Assembly: GCA_051313645.2 (NCBI GenBank)
Contig: JBNRSN020000002.1
Location: 37,882,001-37,946,000, forward strand
Reading direction: 5' to 3'
DNA: 64,000 bases
Source of the DNA: Centroscyllium fabricii
Taxonomy: Eukaryota
Shown: positions 10,977 through 23,528 of the stretch, in pieces
How positions within the stretch are numbered: position 1 is the first letter of the stretch
Layout of the letters: the number at the start of each line of letters is the position of its first letter
Position numbers and translations under genes: made by a program
Notes under the pieces: model-generated
Database searches by the model: none
What the model was told of the DNA's origin: nothing
What the model saw: only the letters and a program-made list of their open reading frames with translations

Positions 10977-13955
10977 CGAGGCGGCGGCCATCTTGAGGCC
11001 ACAGCTAGGAGGAGCGGCCATCTTAGTTCATCACCACGAGGCAGCGGCCATTTTGAGAGTCTTCGACTTGACTCCGACCCCGAATATTCGGATGAAGACG
11101 ACTCATCAACCGTGCTGGCGTCCATCACTTTGGACCAATCAAAACCCCATGAATTGCAGAAATCAATGATGGACGTCCAGGTAAACGGACAAAACTGTAA
11201 CTGTTTATTTGATACGGGTAGTACTGATAGTTTTATTTCCCCCGAGACTGCTGACCGTCTTCACCTGTCGATCCGCCCCTGTTTAAAACGCATCGCCTTG
11301 GCGGCGGACTCAGAATCGGCGCAGGCCGTGGGGTGTTGCGTAGTATCACTTGTAGTTCGCGGAGTAAAATACTGTAATTTTAAACTGTTTGTGTTACCCC
11401 ACTTGTGCGCCTCAGTGTTATTGGGGCTCGATTTCCAGAGCCACCTGCAGAGTGTCACCTTGGCATACGGCGGCCCTCTCCCACCCCTGACGGTCGAGTC
11501 GAGTACCCCCCGTGAGCGCCCGCTTTGTGGGCTCACCACTTTACGGATCTCACCCCCGAAACTGTTCGCGAACCTCACGCCGGACTGCGCACCGATTGCC
11601 TCAAAGAGCAGGCGGTATAGTGCTGCAGACCGGGCGTTTATTGGCACCGAGGTGAAGCGACTGTTGGCAGAGGGGGTGATTGAAGCCAGCCGCAGCCCCT
11701 GGAGGGCCCAAGTAGTAGTGGTAAAGACGGGGGAGAAGAACAGGATGGTGGTCGACTACAGTCAGACCATAAACCGGTTTACACTCCTCGATGCGTACCC
11801 CCTTCCCCGGATCTCGGACATGGTAAATGAAATTGCCCAATACAAAGTCTATTCGACTATAGACCTTAAAGCGGCATATCACCAGGTCCCAATCCTCAGA
11901 GAGGAGCGCCCCTACACCGCTTTCGAAGCGGATGGTCGCCTCTACCAGTTCCTTCGGGTTCCCTTCGGAGTGACGAACGGAGTGTCCGTCTTCCAGAGGG
12001 AAATGGATAGAATGGTAGACGAACACGGGCTCAGGGCCACCTTTCCCTATCTAGATAACGTCACTATCTGCGGCCACTCGGACGAGGACCACGACGAGAA
12101 CCTCGGTAAATTTTTGAAAACAGCCAAATCCCTGAATTTGACATACAACAAAGAAAAATGTGTTTTCCGCACCAGACGCCTGGCTATTTTGGGCTGTGTG
12201 GTGGAAAACGGGTTAATCGGCCCGGACCCTGACCGAATGCGCCCGCTGATTGAGTATCCCCTTCCCAAGACACCCAAAGCTCTAAAGCGGTGCATGGGGC
12301 TGTTCGCGTATTACGCGCAGTGGGTCCCAAAATTTGCGGACAAAGCCCGGCCTCTGATGCGGGCCACTGTTTTTCCCCTGTCGGCAGCGGCACTAACGGC
12401 TTTTAAGCAACTTAAAGCCGATATAGTAAAAGCTGCAATGTCCGCCATCGATGAGGACGTGCCTTTCCAAGTGGAGAGCGACGCGTCCGACTTCACCCTG
12501 GCGGCGACCCTGAACCAAGCAGGCAGACCTGTTGCCTTCTTTTCCCGTACCCTCTCGGGCTCGGAAGCACGACATTCCTCCGTGGAAAAAGAGGCCCAAG
12601 CCATTATCGAAGCGGTGCGCCACTGGAGACACTACCTGGCCGGTAGAAAATTTACCCTGCTCACCGATCAGAGGTCGGTAGCATTTATGTTCAGTAACAC
12701 ACAGCGGGGAAAAATTAAGAACGATAAGATCTTGAGGTGGAGGATCGAATTGTCCACCTTTAATTATGATATTTTGTACAGGCCAGGTAGACTCAACGAG
12801 CTGTCCGATGCACTGTCCCGCGGGACCTGCGCCAGCGTGCAGGCGGGCAGACTGCAGGCTCTGCATAATAACCTCTGCCACCCGGGGGTCACCCGCTTCT
12901 ATCATTTTATCAAAGCCCGCAATCTACCGTATAGTATTGCGGAGGTTAGGGAGATAGTCAGGGATTGTCCGGTCTGTGCGGAATGCAAGCCGCAGTTTTT
13001 CCGACCGGACAAGGCACACCTGATTAAGTCCTCTCGGCCCTTCGAACGCCTTAGTATCGATTTTAAGGGCCCACTCCCGTCCACCGACAGGAATGTCTAC
13101 TTCCTCACAGTCGTGGACGAATACTCCCGTTTCCCATTTGCGATACCCTGCACTGATATGACTGCTGCCACAGTCATCAACGCCCTCGCCCCGATATTCG
13201 CAATATTCGGCTTCCCCTCATTCATACACTCTGACCGGGGGTCTGCTTTTATGAGCGACGAACTGCAGCAGTTCCTACTCGCGAGAGGAATCTCGTCGAG
13301 CAGGACAACGAGCTACAACCCCCGGGGCAATGGCCAAGTAGAGCGCGAGAATGGCACTGTCTGGAAGGCGGTCCACCTGGCACTCAGGTCCAGGGGCCTT
13401 CCAGCCTCACGCTGGCAGGCGGTTCTCTCGGACGCTCTACACGCCGTACGGTCGCTTCTTTGTACAGCGACCAACGCAACGCCGCACGAACGGATGTTTT
13501 CCTTCCCCAGGAAGTCCGTCTCGGGGATGTCGCTGCCATCGTGGCTAGCCTCCCCGGGCCCAGTACTGTTGCGGCGCCATGTACGGCACTATAAGACCGA
13601 CCCACTGGTCGACAGGGTACTCCTCCTCCATGCTAACCCGCAGTACGCCTATGTGGAGTTCCCTGATGGCAGGAAGGACACAGTCTCTATTAAAGACCTG
13701 GCGCCCGCAGGCGCCCCTGCGACCACAACTCCGCCCCCACCCCCCTTCCTCTCGTCGTGGGCCCAGCCGGCACCTACCACATCGCAGCCCGTGCCCAGCC
13801 CCCCACCGACCCATACCGCCGTATTCCCTGGTGACGCGCTGCTAACGTATATTCCTTCGGCTTCCCCAGGTACCGATACCGAACGGCAGGACCAGCAGCT
13901 CAGACGGTCGTCGAGTGTGCGACGCCAGCCAGACCGCCTGGTCTGCTCAATGTGA
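10977..13955 (+). CDS. pol: Pol (PR-RT-RH-IN) of element B, in frame with gag after one TGA
   Basis: LFDTGS protease, SPWRAQV...YLDN RT, ESDAS RNase H, H-x4-H...CPVC and D,D,E integrase. No stop between 10977 and the annotated ORF 11112-13955. Confidence 0.93.
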   Translation, partial: RGGGHLEATARRSGHLSSSPRGSGHFESLRLDSDPEYSDEDDSSTVLASITLDQSKPHELQKSMMDVQVNGQNCNCLFDTGSTDSFISPETADRLHLSIRPCLKRIALAADSESAQAVGCCVVSLVVRGVKYCNFKLFVLPHLCASVLLGLDFQSHLQSVTLAYGGPLPPLTVESSTPRERPLCGLTTLRISPPKLFANLTPDCAPIASKSRRYSAADRAFIGTEVKRLLAEGVIEASRSPWRAQVVVVKTGEKNRMVVDYSQTINRFTLLDAYPLPRISDMVNEIAQYKVYSTIDLKAAYHQVPILREERPYTAFEADGRLYQFLRVPFGVTNGVSVFQREMDRMVDEHGLRATFPYLDNVTICGHSDEDHDENLGKFLKTAKSLNLTYNKEKCVFRTRRLAILGCVVENGLIGPDPDRMRPLIEYPLPKTPKALKRCMGLFAYYAQWVPKFADKARPLMRATVFPLSAAALTAFKQLKADIVKAAMSAIDEDVPFQVESDASDFTLAATLNQAGRPVAFFSRTLSGSEARHSSVEKEAQAIIEAVRHWRHYLAGRKFTLLTDQRSVAFMFSNTQRGKIKNDKILRWRIELSTFNYDILYRPGRLNELSDALSRGTCASVQAGRLQALHNNLCHPGVTRFYHFIKARNLPYSIAEVREIVRDCPVCAECKPQFFRPDKAHLIKSSRPFERLSIDFKGPLPSTDRNVYFLTVVDEYSRFPFAIPCTDMTAATVINALAPIFAIFGFPSFIHSDRGSAFMSDELQQFLLARGISSSRTTSYNPRGNGQVERENGTVWKAVHLALRSRGLPASRWQAVLSDALHAVRSLLCTATNATPHERMFSFPRKSVSGMSLPSWLASPGPVLLRRHVRHYKTDPLVDRVLLLHANPQYAYVEFPDGRKDTVSIKDLAPAGAPATTTPPPPPFLSSWAQPAPTTSQPVPSPPPTHTAVFPGDALLTYIPSASPGTDTERQDQQLRRSSSVRRQPDRLVCSM

Positions 13956-16900
13956 CCTGGCATGAACAGGCGGCCACAATTTTTTGGAACATCTCGGAAC
14001 CTTTGTAAATACTGTCTGTACATATGTTAGGTATTGTTTGTGCCCCCCCTGGTACTGAAATTCTTTAACAGGGGGTGAATGTGGTGATATTGGCTATAAC
14101 ACCAACTATGTGTATGTACATGCCTTAGGGCGTGTCTACTCTTGCCCAGCCAGACTTGGGAGACCTGTACCTGGAGGACCTCGGGTAGGCCACGCCTCTG
14201 ACCCTGGGGGTATAAAGGTCAGCACTCGTGGGTTCTGACCTCCTCTCTACTGTACTGTACTAACGATACCTGTGATCCCTTACGCTTGTTCTAAGTTTAT
14301 TAAAGCCTATGTTAACTCGCTCTCTGACTCGAGTAATTGATGGTATCATTCGGCCTCAGCCATTGTCGACCAGGCTAGGCCGCACACCCTATCAAATTCC
14401 ATTATGGGGATTAAAGTGGACGGTCACATCACTAACTGCCTGTTCGACACCGAAAGCACAGAGAGCTTCATCCACCCCGACACAGTGCGGCGCTATGCAC
14501 TGCGGACCCTGCCCACGCACTACCAAATCTCCCTTGCCTCAAAGTCCCACACGGCGGACGTCACCGGCTACTGCTCCGTCACGCTCACGGTCAGGGACTG
14601 CGTGTACCATAATTTTAATCTGAACATCCTCCAGCAGTTGTGCGCCCCAGTCTTACTGGGTCTGGATTTCCAGTGTCACCTGAAGAGCGTGACAATGGAG
14701 ATCGGCGGGACCCTGGCCCCCCTCACCGTCAGTAGCCGGGACAATCCCTTCTTAAAGCGGAGCCCGACCTGCGGCCTATACACCCTGAAAGTCGACCCCC
14801 CCCTCACTGTTCGCCAACCTCGACCCCAACTGCAAACCTATTGCTACCAAGAGTCGGCGTTACAGTGCAGGGGACCGGGCATTTATCAGGTCGGAAGTCG
14901 GGCGTATGCTGCAAGAGGGGATAATTGAGGCCAGCACCAGCCCCTGGTGGGCCCAGGTCGTAGTGGTTAAGACCGGCGAAAAACTGCGGATGCTGATCGA
15001 TTACAGCCAGACGATTAACCGCTACACTGGGCTCGACGCCTACCCCCTTCCCCGCATCTCGGATATGGTCAACCAGATCGCCAGTATAAGGTTTTTTCAA
15101 CAATCGACCTTAAGTCGGCGTATCACCAACTCCCAATCAGGAAATCCGACCGCCAGTACACCGCCTTCGAGGCGAACGGTCAGCTCTACCACTTCCTCCG
15201 GGTCCCCTTCGGCGTGACCAACGGGGTGTCGTTATTCCAAAGGGAGATGGACCATATGGTTGACCAGAACGGGTTGCAGGCCACTTTCCCCTACCTGGAC
15301 AACGTGACCATCTGCGGCCATGATCAGCAGGACCACGATGCCAACCTTGCCAAATTTCTCCACACGGCGAAACGGCTCGATCTCACATACAACAAAGACA
15401 AGTGTGTCTTTAGTACAGATCGGCTCGCCATCCTCGGATACGTGGTGGAAAACGGGGTCCTTGGCCCCGCCCCACAGCGTGTGCGCCCCTTACAGGAACT
15501 GCCCATACCTCAGAACCCCAAAGCCCTGAAGAGATGTCTGGGATTTTTCTCCTATTACGCACAATGGGTTCCCCAGTTTGCGGATAAGGCCAGACCGCTC
15601 CTCAAGGCTGACGTATTCCCCCTCTCAGTAGAAGCCCAAACGGCATTCGCCCTGATTAAGGAAGACATCATCAAGGCGACCATGCACGCCGTTGATGAGT
15701 CCATCCCTTTCCAGGTGGAGAGTGACGCTTTGGACTTTGCCCTTGCCGCCACCCTGAATCAGGCAGGCAGGCCCATAGCGTTTTTCTGCCGGACCCTACA
15801 GGGACCCGAAACTCGCCACTCTGCAGTGGAAAAGGAGGCCCAGGCCATCGTGGAGGCCGTGCGCTACTGGCGTCATTACCTGGCCGGTAAGCGTTTTACC
15901 CTGCTCACCGACCAACGGTCGGACGCGTTTATGTTTAACAATAAACAAAAGGGTAAAATCAAGAATGATAAGATCCTGCGGTGGCGGTTCGAACTCTCGA
16001 CTTACGAGTACGACATTCTTTACCACCCAGACAAACTCAATGAACCCCCGGACGCACTGTCCATGGGAACATGCGCCAGCGCCCAGCTGGACCGGCTGAA
16101 GGCCCTCCATGATCGCCTCTGCCACCCGGGTGTCACCAGACTCGCCCATTTCGTTAAATCCCGTAGCCTAAACTACTCCATCACGGAGATCAAGGCTATG
16201 ACCAGAGACTCCCCTGTCTGCGCCGAGTGCATACCCCACTTTTTCAGGCCAGACACGGCGCACGTCATCAAGGCCACCTGCCCCTTTGAACATCTGAGCG
16301 TGGACTTCAAAGGTCCCCTCCCCTCCACTGACCGCAACTCGTACTTCCTCACGGTCGTGGACGAGTTCTCCCGCTTTCCCTTCGCCTTCCCCTGCCCAGA
16401 TATGATGAGCGCAACGGTGATAAGACACTTCACCACGCTGTTCGCCATTTTCGGTCTCCACAGCTACATCCATAGCGACTGGGGGTCGTCGTTCATGAGC
16501 AACGAACTGCGTCAGTTTCTGCTTCAGAACGGGGTTGCCTCAAGCAGAACGACCAGTTACAACCCCCGGGGGAACAGCCAGGTAGAAAGGGAGAACGGGA
16601 TCATCTGGAAGGCGGTCAACCTGGCCCTGAAGTCCAGAGGCCTTCCAGTGTCCCGTTGGCAGGAGGTCCTCCCAGACACGCTCCACTCCATCCGCTCTCT
16701 GCTGTGTACGGCTACAAACGCTGCACCTCACGACCTATTATTTTCCTTCCCCAGGAAGTCGACTTCGGGGACATCACTCCCACCATGGCTCACGACGCCG
16801 GGGCCGGTCTTACTTAGGAATCATGTCCGCGGCCATAAGACCGTCCCCCTGGTGGAGAGGGTACAGCTGCTGCATGCCAACCTGCAGTATGCCTACGTGC

Positions 16901-17593
16901 AATTCCCGGACGGGCGCGAGGACACAGTTTCCATCAGAGACCTGGCGCCCGCTGGGAGCACTAGAACGGAACCTCCGGTCGAGCCTCAGCCCGACCAACC
17001 ACCACCCACCGAACACTGACCTGCATAACAACCAACTTCCACCGAATACTGGCCTACATACACACACACACCGGAGCCCTCGACGCTATCGGCCGACAAC
17101 CCAGGGCCGGATGCCACGCTGCAAGCACTGTTGCCGGAGGATCCGACCCCGTCACCACAACCGGCACCAGCGCCGCTACCGGAACTCCGGCGGTCGGCAC
17201 GACAGACACGACCACCGGAAAGACTTATAGAGCATTGCTGGTACGGACACAAAATTGTTTTTTGCTCTGTTCTGTTCCATTCACCCCGCCGGACTCATTT
17301 TCAAAGAAAGGGTGAATATGGTAATCATATTACCATTGTATAGTTGTATTACACCACAGACCAATATATATGTAGTGACTTGGTGTATTGTATATAGAAC
17401 ACTGTTGTTAGGCCAGGTCAGCCACAACTCTAACTTCTCCCCTCAGGTGCGAGCCTTATAGGTGAGGCCTGCCCTGCCCCCAGTCATTCTGTGCCTGATG
17501 TTCGACTGGAGACTAGCTCCATCTTTAAGCTAATAAAAGCCTGTAGTTAAGGTAACTACTCGTCTTTTGTATTATTGACGATACATCACCCAT

Positions 17594-18197
17594 GTTGCAT
17601 TGAAGGCACCAGTGGATGCACCTGTGACATACATCAACAGGAAGGGGTATCATTCATTGAATGTAATGATAGTCTGTGATGCGCATCTCAGGATCCTAAA
17701 TGTGAATGGGAGGTAATCATGACTCCTTCGTCCTCCGTAACTCGAACATATATGGCGCCCTCAGCGCATTGCCTCCAGGATCTGCATGGATATTGGGCGA
17801 AAAGGGCTACCCGCTAAGATCATGGCTGATGACTCCCTACCGCAATACCAATAATGAGGCTCAGGTGAGATACAACCAGGCACATGTGTCCACACGGCAA
17901 GTGGTGGAGAGGACAATTGGGGTTCTGAAATCCCACTTCCGATGCCTGGACAGGTCAGGGGGGACCTTGCAGTATTCTCACCAGAAAGTGGGAAGGATTG
18001 TGATGGCCTGTTGTGCTTTGCATAACTTTGCCCTGCGGGAAGGACTGACCCTAAACCCTGAAGAAGAGCTCACTGCTGAAGTGGAGGACATGGACGATGC
18101 CAATGTGCCTTTGGCCAGCCATGATGGGGAGGAGCCAAGTGCTGCTGAATGTAAGGCTGCTCGGGAACTGCGAGTAGCCAATACCTTCACGAGGTGA
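17594..18197 (+). pseudogene. Harbinger transposase, C-terminal part
   Basis: VALKAP...YINRKGYHSLNVMIVCD...HDSFVL...LGEKGYPLRSWLMTPY...VERTIGVLK...CCALHN. The second catalytic Asp position reads E (GEKGY), and there is a small deletion near 17705. Confidence 0.9.
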
Positions 18198-19093
18198 TGA
18201 TAGCGTCGTCTTGTACCTCCCGTTCCCTCAGCAAGGCAAAGAAAGGAACAGACATAATTTAAAGTAAAATAGTGAACTTTTATTGCAGCATCAAAGACTT
18301 TTGAGGTTCAGCTTTGATGAACGTAGTTTGTAACTTTGAAATGTTAACTAACTATTTTCTACTTTTCAAATATTCGCAAACATAAGTAGTTTTGGAAAAA
18401 AATTGTAAACACTTTTAAGTGACTTTTCTGTTTTCTTCGTGCAATAAAGACAAGATGGAAACTACCTATTTTCTAAATTGCAAATATTTTTTCAAAAAAA
18501 AGTTTACATTTTTTTCAAAGTGACTAGAGTCTGTACTTTTTAAACAAACAGGTTGCATACACTTTCAGTCACAAATATATATTTCAATAAAAAAAGCAAA
18601 TACAACATTTAACATGCAAATAAAATGAAAAATTAAACAATTGAATGATTTGCCCCCTAAAATCTGTGCCTGAGGGTCAAAGGAGGTGCGTTGTGCAAAA
18701 GGTGACACCCTAACGTCTCCTGCGCTTTCCCCCTCCTCATGACCGCAGCCCTCTGCTGCCACTAGAAAGGCCCCTGTGTGCCATCTTTTGCCCTTCAGCA
18801 ATTGCCTCCTGACAGCCTTGCTACTGCTGCAAGGCAACGTTTGCTTGCATCACGACTGGCTCTTGGGCCCGCACTGTTTCTGCCTGGGAGCAGGTAAGGG
18901 CGGTTCTACGGGGGTCAAAGTAATGCTGGCAGAAAGTGGTTCAAGCAACTGCAAGAGTCGAACGAGAGACTCATTAATTAGATTACGTTGTTTTCCCAAC
19001 TGCAATGCTATCTGATTAAGTGAATTGCCAAGATTATCCATTCCCTGCCTGATGGTGGCAATAGAGTCAACGTTCTTCTCAGTAAGAGAACAC

Positions 19094-22000
19094 TGTAGCG
19101 CCGGCAGGCCTAGGAACCACACGTGAGCCAGAGCTAGAGAAAACACAGCTTTATTACACTAAGCAAAACAAGAAAGAGAGTGAACCACTCGCAACAAGCG
19201 TATTTAAACAGTCCTGCGGTTGGTGACGTCATCGCGTCGGCCGACGTGATGATGTCGTCGCGTCACCCGGATGAGCGGGGCTTTGCTCCGCGGAGTCCCC
19301 GTGGCGGATTCGATGTCTCAGTGGGCGTGCCGCCACACAGCTCCCCCCAGAATCCGTCCGGGAGGAATAGTGACAGAGTCTATGTTGTGCCGTTGGGGTG
19401 GCCGGATGATGCGGCCGGACCGTGTTGTCTGTTGCTCCTGGTTCTGCGGTGGAGTGTGGGCGGGTTTTGTTGCGGGAGGGCGACCGCGTTGTGGTGGTTG
19501 TGCGGGTACCGTTGTCTCACCCGCTATCACGTGCGCCGGCTTGTGCCGGTCTATTGTCACAGTGTCAGTCCTGTTGCCCATTTGTAATTCAAAAGCTTTA
19601 GCTCCCGCCCGAAGCACTCTGTAGGGGCCATCGTATGGTGGCTGTAGTGGAGATCGGTGTCCGTCGCGCCGGACGAACACGAATTTCGCGTTTTTAATGT
19701 TGTCCGGCACCCGAGCTGCCGGCTCTCCGTGCCGGGCCACTGGTAGTGGCTGGAAAGCTCGTGCCGGGTTGGCGAAGTCTTTTAAATACTGGTCGGCTGA
19801 CCAGGGAGCATTGGGCTCAGCCAGGAACTCGCCCAGCACCGTTAAAGTTTGGCCGTAGATGAGCTCCGCTGCCGAGCCGTTAAGGTCTTCTTTGACTGCC
19901 GAGTGCAGCCCGAGGAGAACCCATGGAAGGCGGTCGGTCCACGATGCGTCTTTAAGTGTGGCTCGTAGTGATGCCTTCATGGAGCGGTGGAACCGTTCGC
20001 ATAGGCTGTTCGCCTGTGGGTGGTATGCGGTGGTTCGGTGTAGTGTAACCCCGAGGTCGCGGGCGATGGCCGCCCATAATGCCGACGTAAACTGGGGTCC
20101 TCTGTCGGAGGTGATGTCTGTGGGCACGCCGAAACGGTCGACCCAGGTGGCGATGAACGCCCTGGCCAAGTCCGTGGTGCCGGTGGCGGTGAGGGGGACT
20201 GCTTCTGGCCAGCGGGTGTTGCGGTCGACCATGGTCATTAGGTGTGTGTGGCCCCGGGATGGCGGTAGTGGCCCGACGAGATCGATATGAACGTGGTCAA
20301 AGCGTCTGGCCGGCACTTTAAAAGTTTCCAGCGGTGCCCTAATGTGCTTATGCACTTTGGAGCGCTGGCAGGCTATGCAGGAGCTGGCCCAGGCGCGGAC
20401 GTCCTTGCGCAGGCCGCGCCATACGAATCGGGCCGAGATTAATTTGATGGACGCGCGGGCGCCGGGGTGGGACAGGTCGTGCAGGGTCCTAAATATGTGT
20501 CGCCTCCAAGCGTGGGGTACGACTGGCCTGGGTTGCGGCAAGGATACGTCGCAGCAGACGACGGTGGCAGCGGGGCCGTGCGTGATATTGGCCAAGTGGA
20601 GGCCGGGGAGATTGGTTGCTGCGTTGAGCAGGTCGGGGTCGGCCAGCTGGTCCGCGGCCAGCTGGGCGTAATTGACCGCCATTTGGGCGGCGTTAATGGT
20701 GCGGCGTGAGAGGCAGTCAGCGACCACGTTGTCGCGGCCGGAAATGTGCTGGATGTTGGTTGTAAATTCCGACAAGGCCGCGAGTTGGCGCTGCTGCCTG
20801 GCCGACCAGGGTTCAGCGACCTTAGCCATCGCAAACATGAGTGGCTTTTGGTCGCTGAAGGCTGTGAAGTGGCGGCCCTCCAAGAGGAAACAAAAGTGTC
20901 GCACTGCCAGATGGAGAGCGAATAGCTCCCTATCGAAGGCACTGTATTTAACCTCTGGGGGCCGGAGTTGCCGGCTGAAAAAGGCCAGGGGCTGCCACGA
21001 GTTGCCGGTCCACTGCTCAAATACGGCCCCGACCGCATGGTCGGAGGCGTCGGTGGTGAGGGCTACTCTGGCGTTTGGCCTAGGGTGGGCTAGGAGGGTG
21101 GCGTTTGCCAGGGCGGTTTTAGTTGCGGTGAAGGCGGTGGCGGCGTCGGCCGTCCACTCGACCGCAGCCTTGTTGGACTGCCCGCGGGTGGCCTGGTATA
21201 AGGGGGCCATGAGAGCGGCTGGACCCGGGATAAAGCGGTTATAAAAATTAACCATGCCTAAGAATTCCTGCAGCCCTTTAATGGAGTGCGGGCGGGGTAA
21301 TTCCTGTACCGCCTGCACCTTAGAGGGCAGGGGTATGGCCCCTGTTTTGGAAATGCGGTGGCCGAGGAAGTCAATAGTCTCGAGGCCGAATTTGCACTTG
21401 GTGGGGCTTAAGATAAGGCCGTGTTCGGTAAGGCGCTGGAACAGGGTCCTGAGGTGCAGGAGGTGTTCCTGGGGGGAGGTGCTGGCCACGAGGATGTCGT
21501 CTAAATAGACGAAGATGAACTTCAAGTCCCGTAGGACTGAGTCCATGAGGCGCTGGAAGGCCTGGGCCGCGTTTTTAAGGCCGAAGGGCATTCTAAGGAA
21601 CTCGAAGAGCCCGAAGGGGGTAATAACGGCCGTTTTGGGAATGCCCGCCGGGTGTACGGGCACCTGGTGGTAGCCACGCACCAGGTCGATCTTGGAAAAG
21701 ATCGTACAGCCCGCTAATCTGGCGGAAAAATCCTGGATGTGGGGTACGGGGTACCTATCCGGGGTAGTGGTGTTGTTAAGGCGGCGGTAGTCGCCGCAGG
21801 GGCGCCAACCTCCGTCGGGCTTGGGGGCTATATGGAGTGGAGAGGACCAGGGGCTGCTGGAGCGGCGGATTATACCGAGTTGCTCCATGGTGCGGAACTC
21901 GGTGCGCGCGATCTCCTGCTTGGCCGGGTCGAGCCTACAGGCGTGGGCATGGACGGGAGGGCCTGTGGTCATAATAAAATGCTCCACCCCGTGTTTGGCC

Positions 22001-23528
22001 TGGCGGGCGGTGAACGTGGGGTTGGTTAGGGCGGGGAACTCTGCCAGGAGTGTGCCATAGGCATCGGAGTCCCGGGAGCGGCATTGGGCTGCCGCGTGGG
22101 CCAGGAGTGCGGGCTCTGTGGAGCATGGGATGGTCGTCATAGTATTTATGTTGACCAAGCGGCGCCGGGTTACGTCGACCAGTAGGCCGTAGGCGCAGAG
22201 GAAGTCTGCCCCGAGGAGGGGTGAAGTGACCTGGGCCGTTACAAAATCCCAGGTGTACGCGTGGCTAGCAAGGGTAATTGTCAGCTTGCGGGTGCCGTAC
22301 GTTTTTATATTGGAGCCGTTGGCCGCCGCTAGTGGCGGGCCCCGGGTGCCTTGTTTGGTTTCTGCGGGGGAGGCTGGCACGATGCTGTGCTGCGCGCCTG
22401 TGTCGCAGAGGAACCTGAGGCCTGTGCCGCTGTCTGTGGCAAAGAGCAGTGCTCCTGTGTGGCCTACAGACATGGTGGGGGCTGAGTTGGGCCGTGGCTT
22501 GAACGCGCATGGCTGGACGCAGCGGTGCGCTTTGTGGTCGAACCGCGTGTGGTAGTAGCTAGAGGGACGCGGTTGTCTAGGTGGGCGCGGGGCCCTAAGT
22601 TCAGGCGTAAAGTTATGCCTGGGGGGTGATTGGCTGCGCTCTACCGATGCGGAGTTAGGGTCGCACGTGTTTGCGCGGGTGCGCTGCGCCTCCATGAGCC
22701 TGTCAGCTTCCTCTCCGAGCTCGTCATCGCTCCGATGGCCAAGGGCCGCCAAGGCCGGTCTGATGGCGCGGGGCAGTTTAAGGAGGAAGACGGTGCGGAA
22801 GAGGGAGGCCGGGTTGGGTGTGAGCGCTTGCATCTGACCTAAGAGGTCTGATGGGTCTGCGTCCCCGAGTTCGGGGAGGTCGAGGAGCTGGCAGTCGCGC
22901 TCAAATTGGGAGGGGGTAAATTTTTTTATAAGCGCGGCCTTAAGTGCTTCATACCTGCCTGCGATGGGCACACGCTGTATTTTTGACCACATCCGATCGA
23001 TCGTCGTCTGTGGTAGGGCTGAGAACACCAGGTCGTATCGGTCGTCCCCCTGAATGCCATGTGTGCGGCAGCTGGTCTCAATGCACATGAACCAGGCCGC
23101 TGGCCGTTGCTCCCAGAACTCGGGTAGAGTTAGTCCACGTCTGGCGTTCTGGCCAGCTCCCTGCGTTCGTGGAGCTTGGTTCCTTGGGTTTACCATGTTT
23201 TCTTAAAAAAGTTCTTTGGCTGGTGGTCCCAGATCCTGCGGCAGCTTTTCTTCTCTAGAAGTCGTTCCAGTTCGGGGTCACCACTGTAGCGCCGGCATGC
23301 CTAGGAACCACATGTGAGCCAGAGCTAGAGAAAACACAGCTTTATTACACTAAGCAAAACAAGAAAGAGAGTGAACCACTCGCAACAAGCGTATTTAAAC
23401 AGTCCCGCGGTTGGTGACGTCATCGCGTCGGCCGACGTGGTGACTTCGTCGCGTCACCCGGATGAGCGGGGCTTTGCTCCGCGGAGTCCCCGTGGCGGAT
23501 TCGATGTCTCAGTGGGCGTGCCGCCACA
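19094..23528 (-). mobile_element. CsRn1-clade Gypsy element C
   Basis: LTRs 23285-23528 (5') and 19094-19337 (3'), TSD ACAC, PBS TGGTGACCCCGA (tRNA-Trp type), PPT GGGGGGAG. Confidence 0.95.
19318..23196 (-). CDS. gag-pol: Single Gag-Pol polyprotein of element C (1292 aa)
   Basis: LPEFW..P.AWF Gag, LCDTGA protease, SPWSSPLH / [10 protein letters not shown] / YLDD RT, RNase H, HHCC and DDE integrase, PPYDGPY (GPY/F motif). Confidence 0.93.
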   Translation of the reverse strand: MVNPRNQAPRTQGAGQNARRGLTLPEFWEQRPAAWFMCIETSCRTHGIQGDDRYDLVFSALPQTTIDRMWSKIQRVPIAGRYEALKAALIKKFTPSQFERDCQLLDLPELGDADPSDLLGQMQALTPNPASLFRTVFLLKLPRAIRPALAALGHRSDDELGEEADRLMEAQRTRANTCDPNSASVERSQSPPRHNFTPELRAPRPPRQPRPSSYYHTRFDHKAHRCVQPCAFKPRPNSAPTMSVGHTGALLFATDSGTGLRFLCDTGAQHSIVPASPAETKQGTRGPPLAAANGSNIKTYGTRKLTITLASHAYTWDFVTAQVTSPLLGADFLCAYGLLVDVTRRRLVNINTMTTIPCSTEPALLAHAAAQCRSRDSDAYGTLLAEFPALTNPTFTARQAKHGVEHFIMTTGPPVHAHACRLDPAKQEIARTEFRTMEQLGIIRRSSSPWSSPLHIAPKPDGGWRPCGDYRRLNNTTTPDRYPVPHIQDFSARLAGCTIFSKIDLVRGYHQVPVHPAGIPKTAVITPFGLFEFLRMPFGLKNAAQAFQRLMDSVLRDLKFIFVYLDDILVASTSPQEHLLHLRTLFQRLTEHGLILSPTKCKFGLETIDFLGHRISKTGAIPLPSKVQAVQELPRPHSIKGLQEFLGMVNFYNRFIPGPAALMAPLYQATRGQSNKAAVEWTADAATAFTATKTALANATLLAHPRPNARVALTTDASDHAVGAVFEQWTGNSWQPLAFFSRQLRPPEVKYSAFDRELFALHLAVRHFCFLLEGRHFTAFSDQKPLMFAMAKVAEPWSARQQRQLAALSEFTTNIQHISGRDNVVADCLSRRTINAAQMAVNYAQLAADQLADPDLLNAATNLPGLHLANITHGPAATVVCCDVSLPQPRPVVPHAWRRHIFRTLHDLSHPGARASIKLISARFVWRGLRKDVRAWASSCIACQRSKVHKHIRAPLETFKVPARRFDHVHIDLVGPLPPSRGHTHLMTMVDRNTRWPEAVPLTATGTTDLARAFIATWVDRFGVPTDITSDRGPQFTSALWAAIARDLGVTLHRTTAYHPQANSLCERFHRSMKASLRATLKDASWTDRLPWVLLGLHSAVKEDLNGSAAELIYGQTLTVLGEFLAEPNAPWSADQYLKDFANPARAFQPLPVARHGEPAARVPDNIKNAKFVFVRRDGHRSPLQPPYDGPYRVLRAGAKAFELQMGNRTDTVTIDRHKPAHVIAGETTVPAQPPQRGRPPATKPAHTPPQNQEQQTTRSGRIIRPPQRHNIDSVTIPPGRILGGAVWRHAH

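Larger units (their letters stand above)
9836..14348 (+). mobile_element. Gypsy LTR retrotransposon B, young and near-intact
   Basis: 269-bp LTRs 9836-10104 and 14080-14348 that read identical by eye, TSD TTCGG, PPT AGGGGGTGAA. Confidence 0.97.
8107..17588 (+). mobile_element. Gypsy LTR retrotransposon A (degenerate), containing element B
   Basis: LTRs 8107-8376 and 17317-17588, TSD CCCAT, PPT AAAGAAAGGGTGAA. gag 8461-9332 has two CCHC-type knuckles. pol 14349-17019 has RT YLDN, RNase H and integrase, with frameshifts. Confidence 0.95.

Noticed and set aside
7559-18197. Domesticated host HARBI1 gene
   Set aside because: Flanked by TIRs and TSD, paired with a Myb/SANT ORF, and disrupted by stops and insertions.
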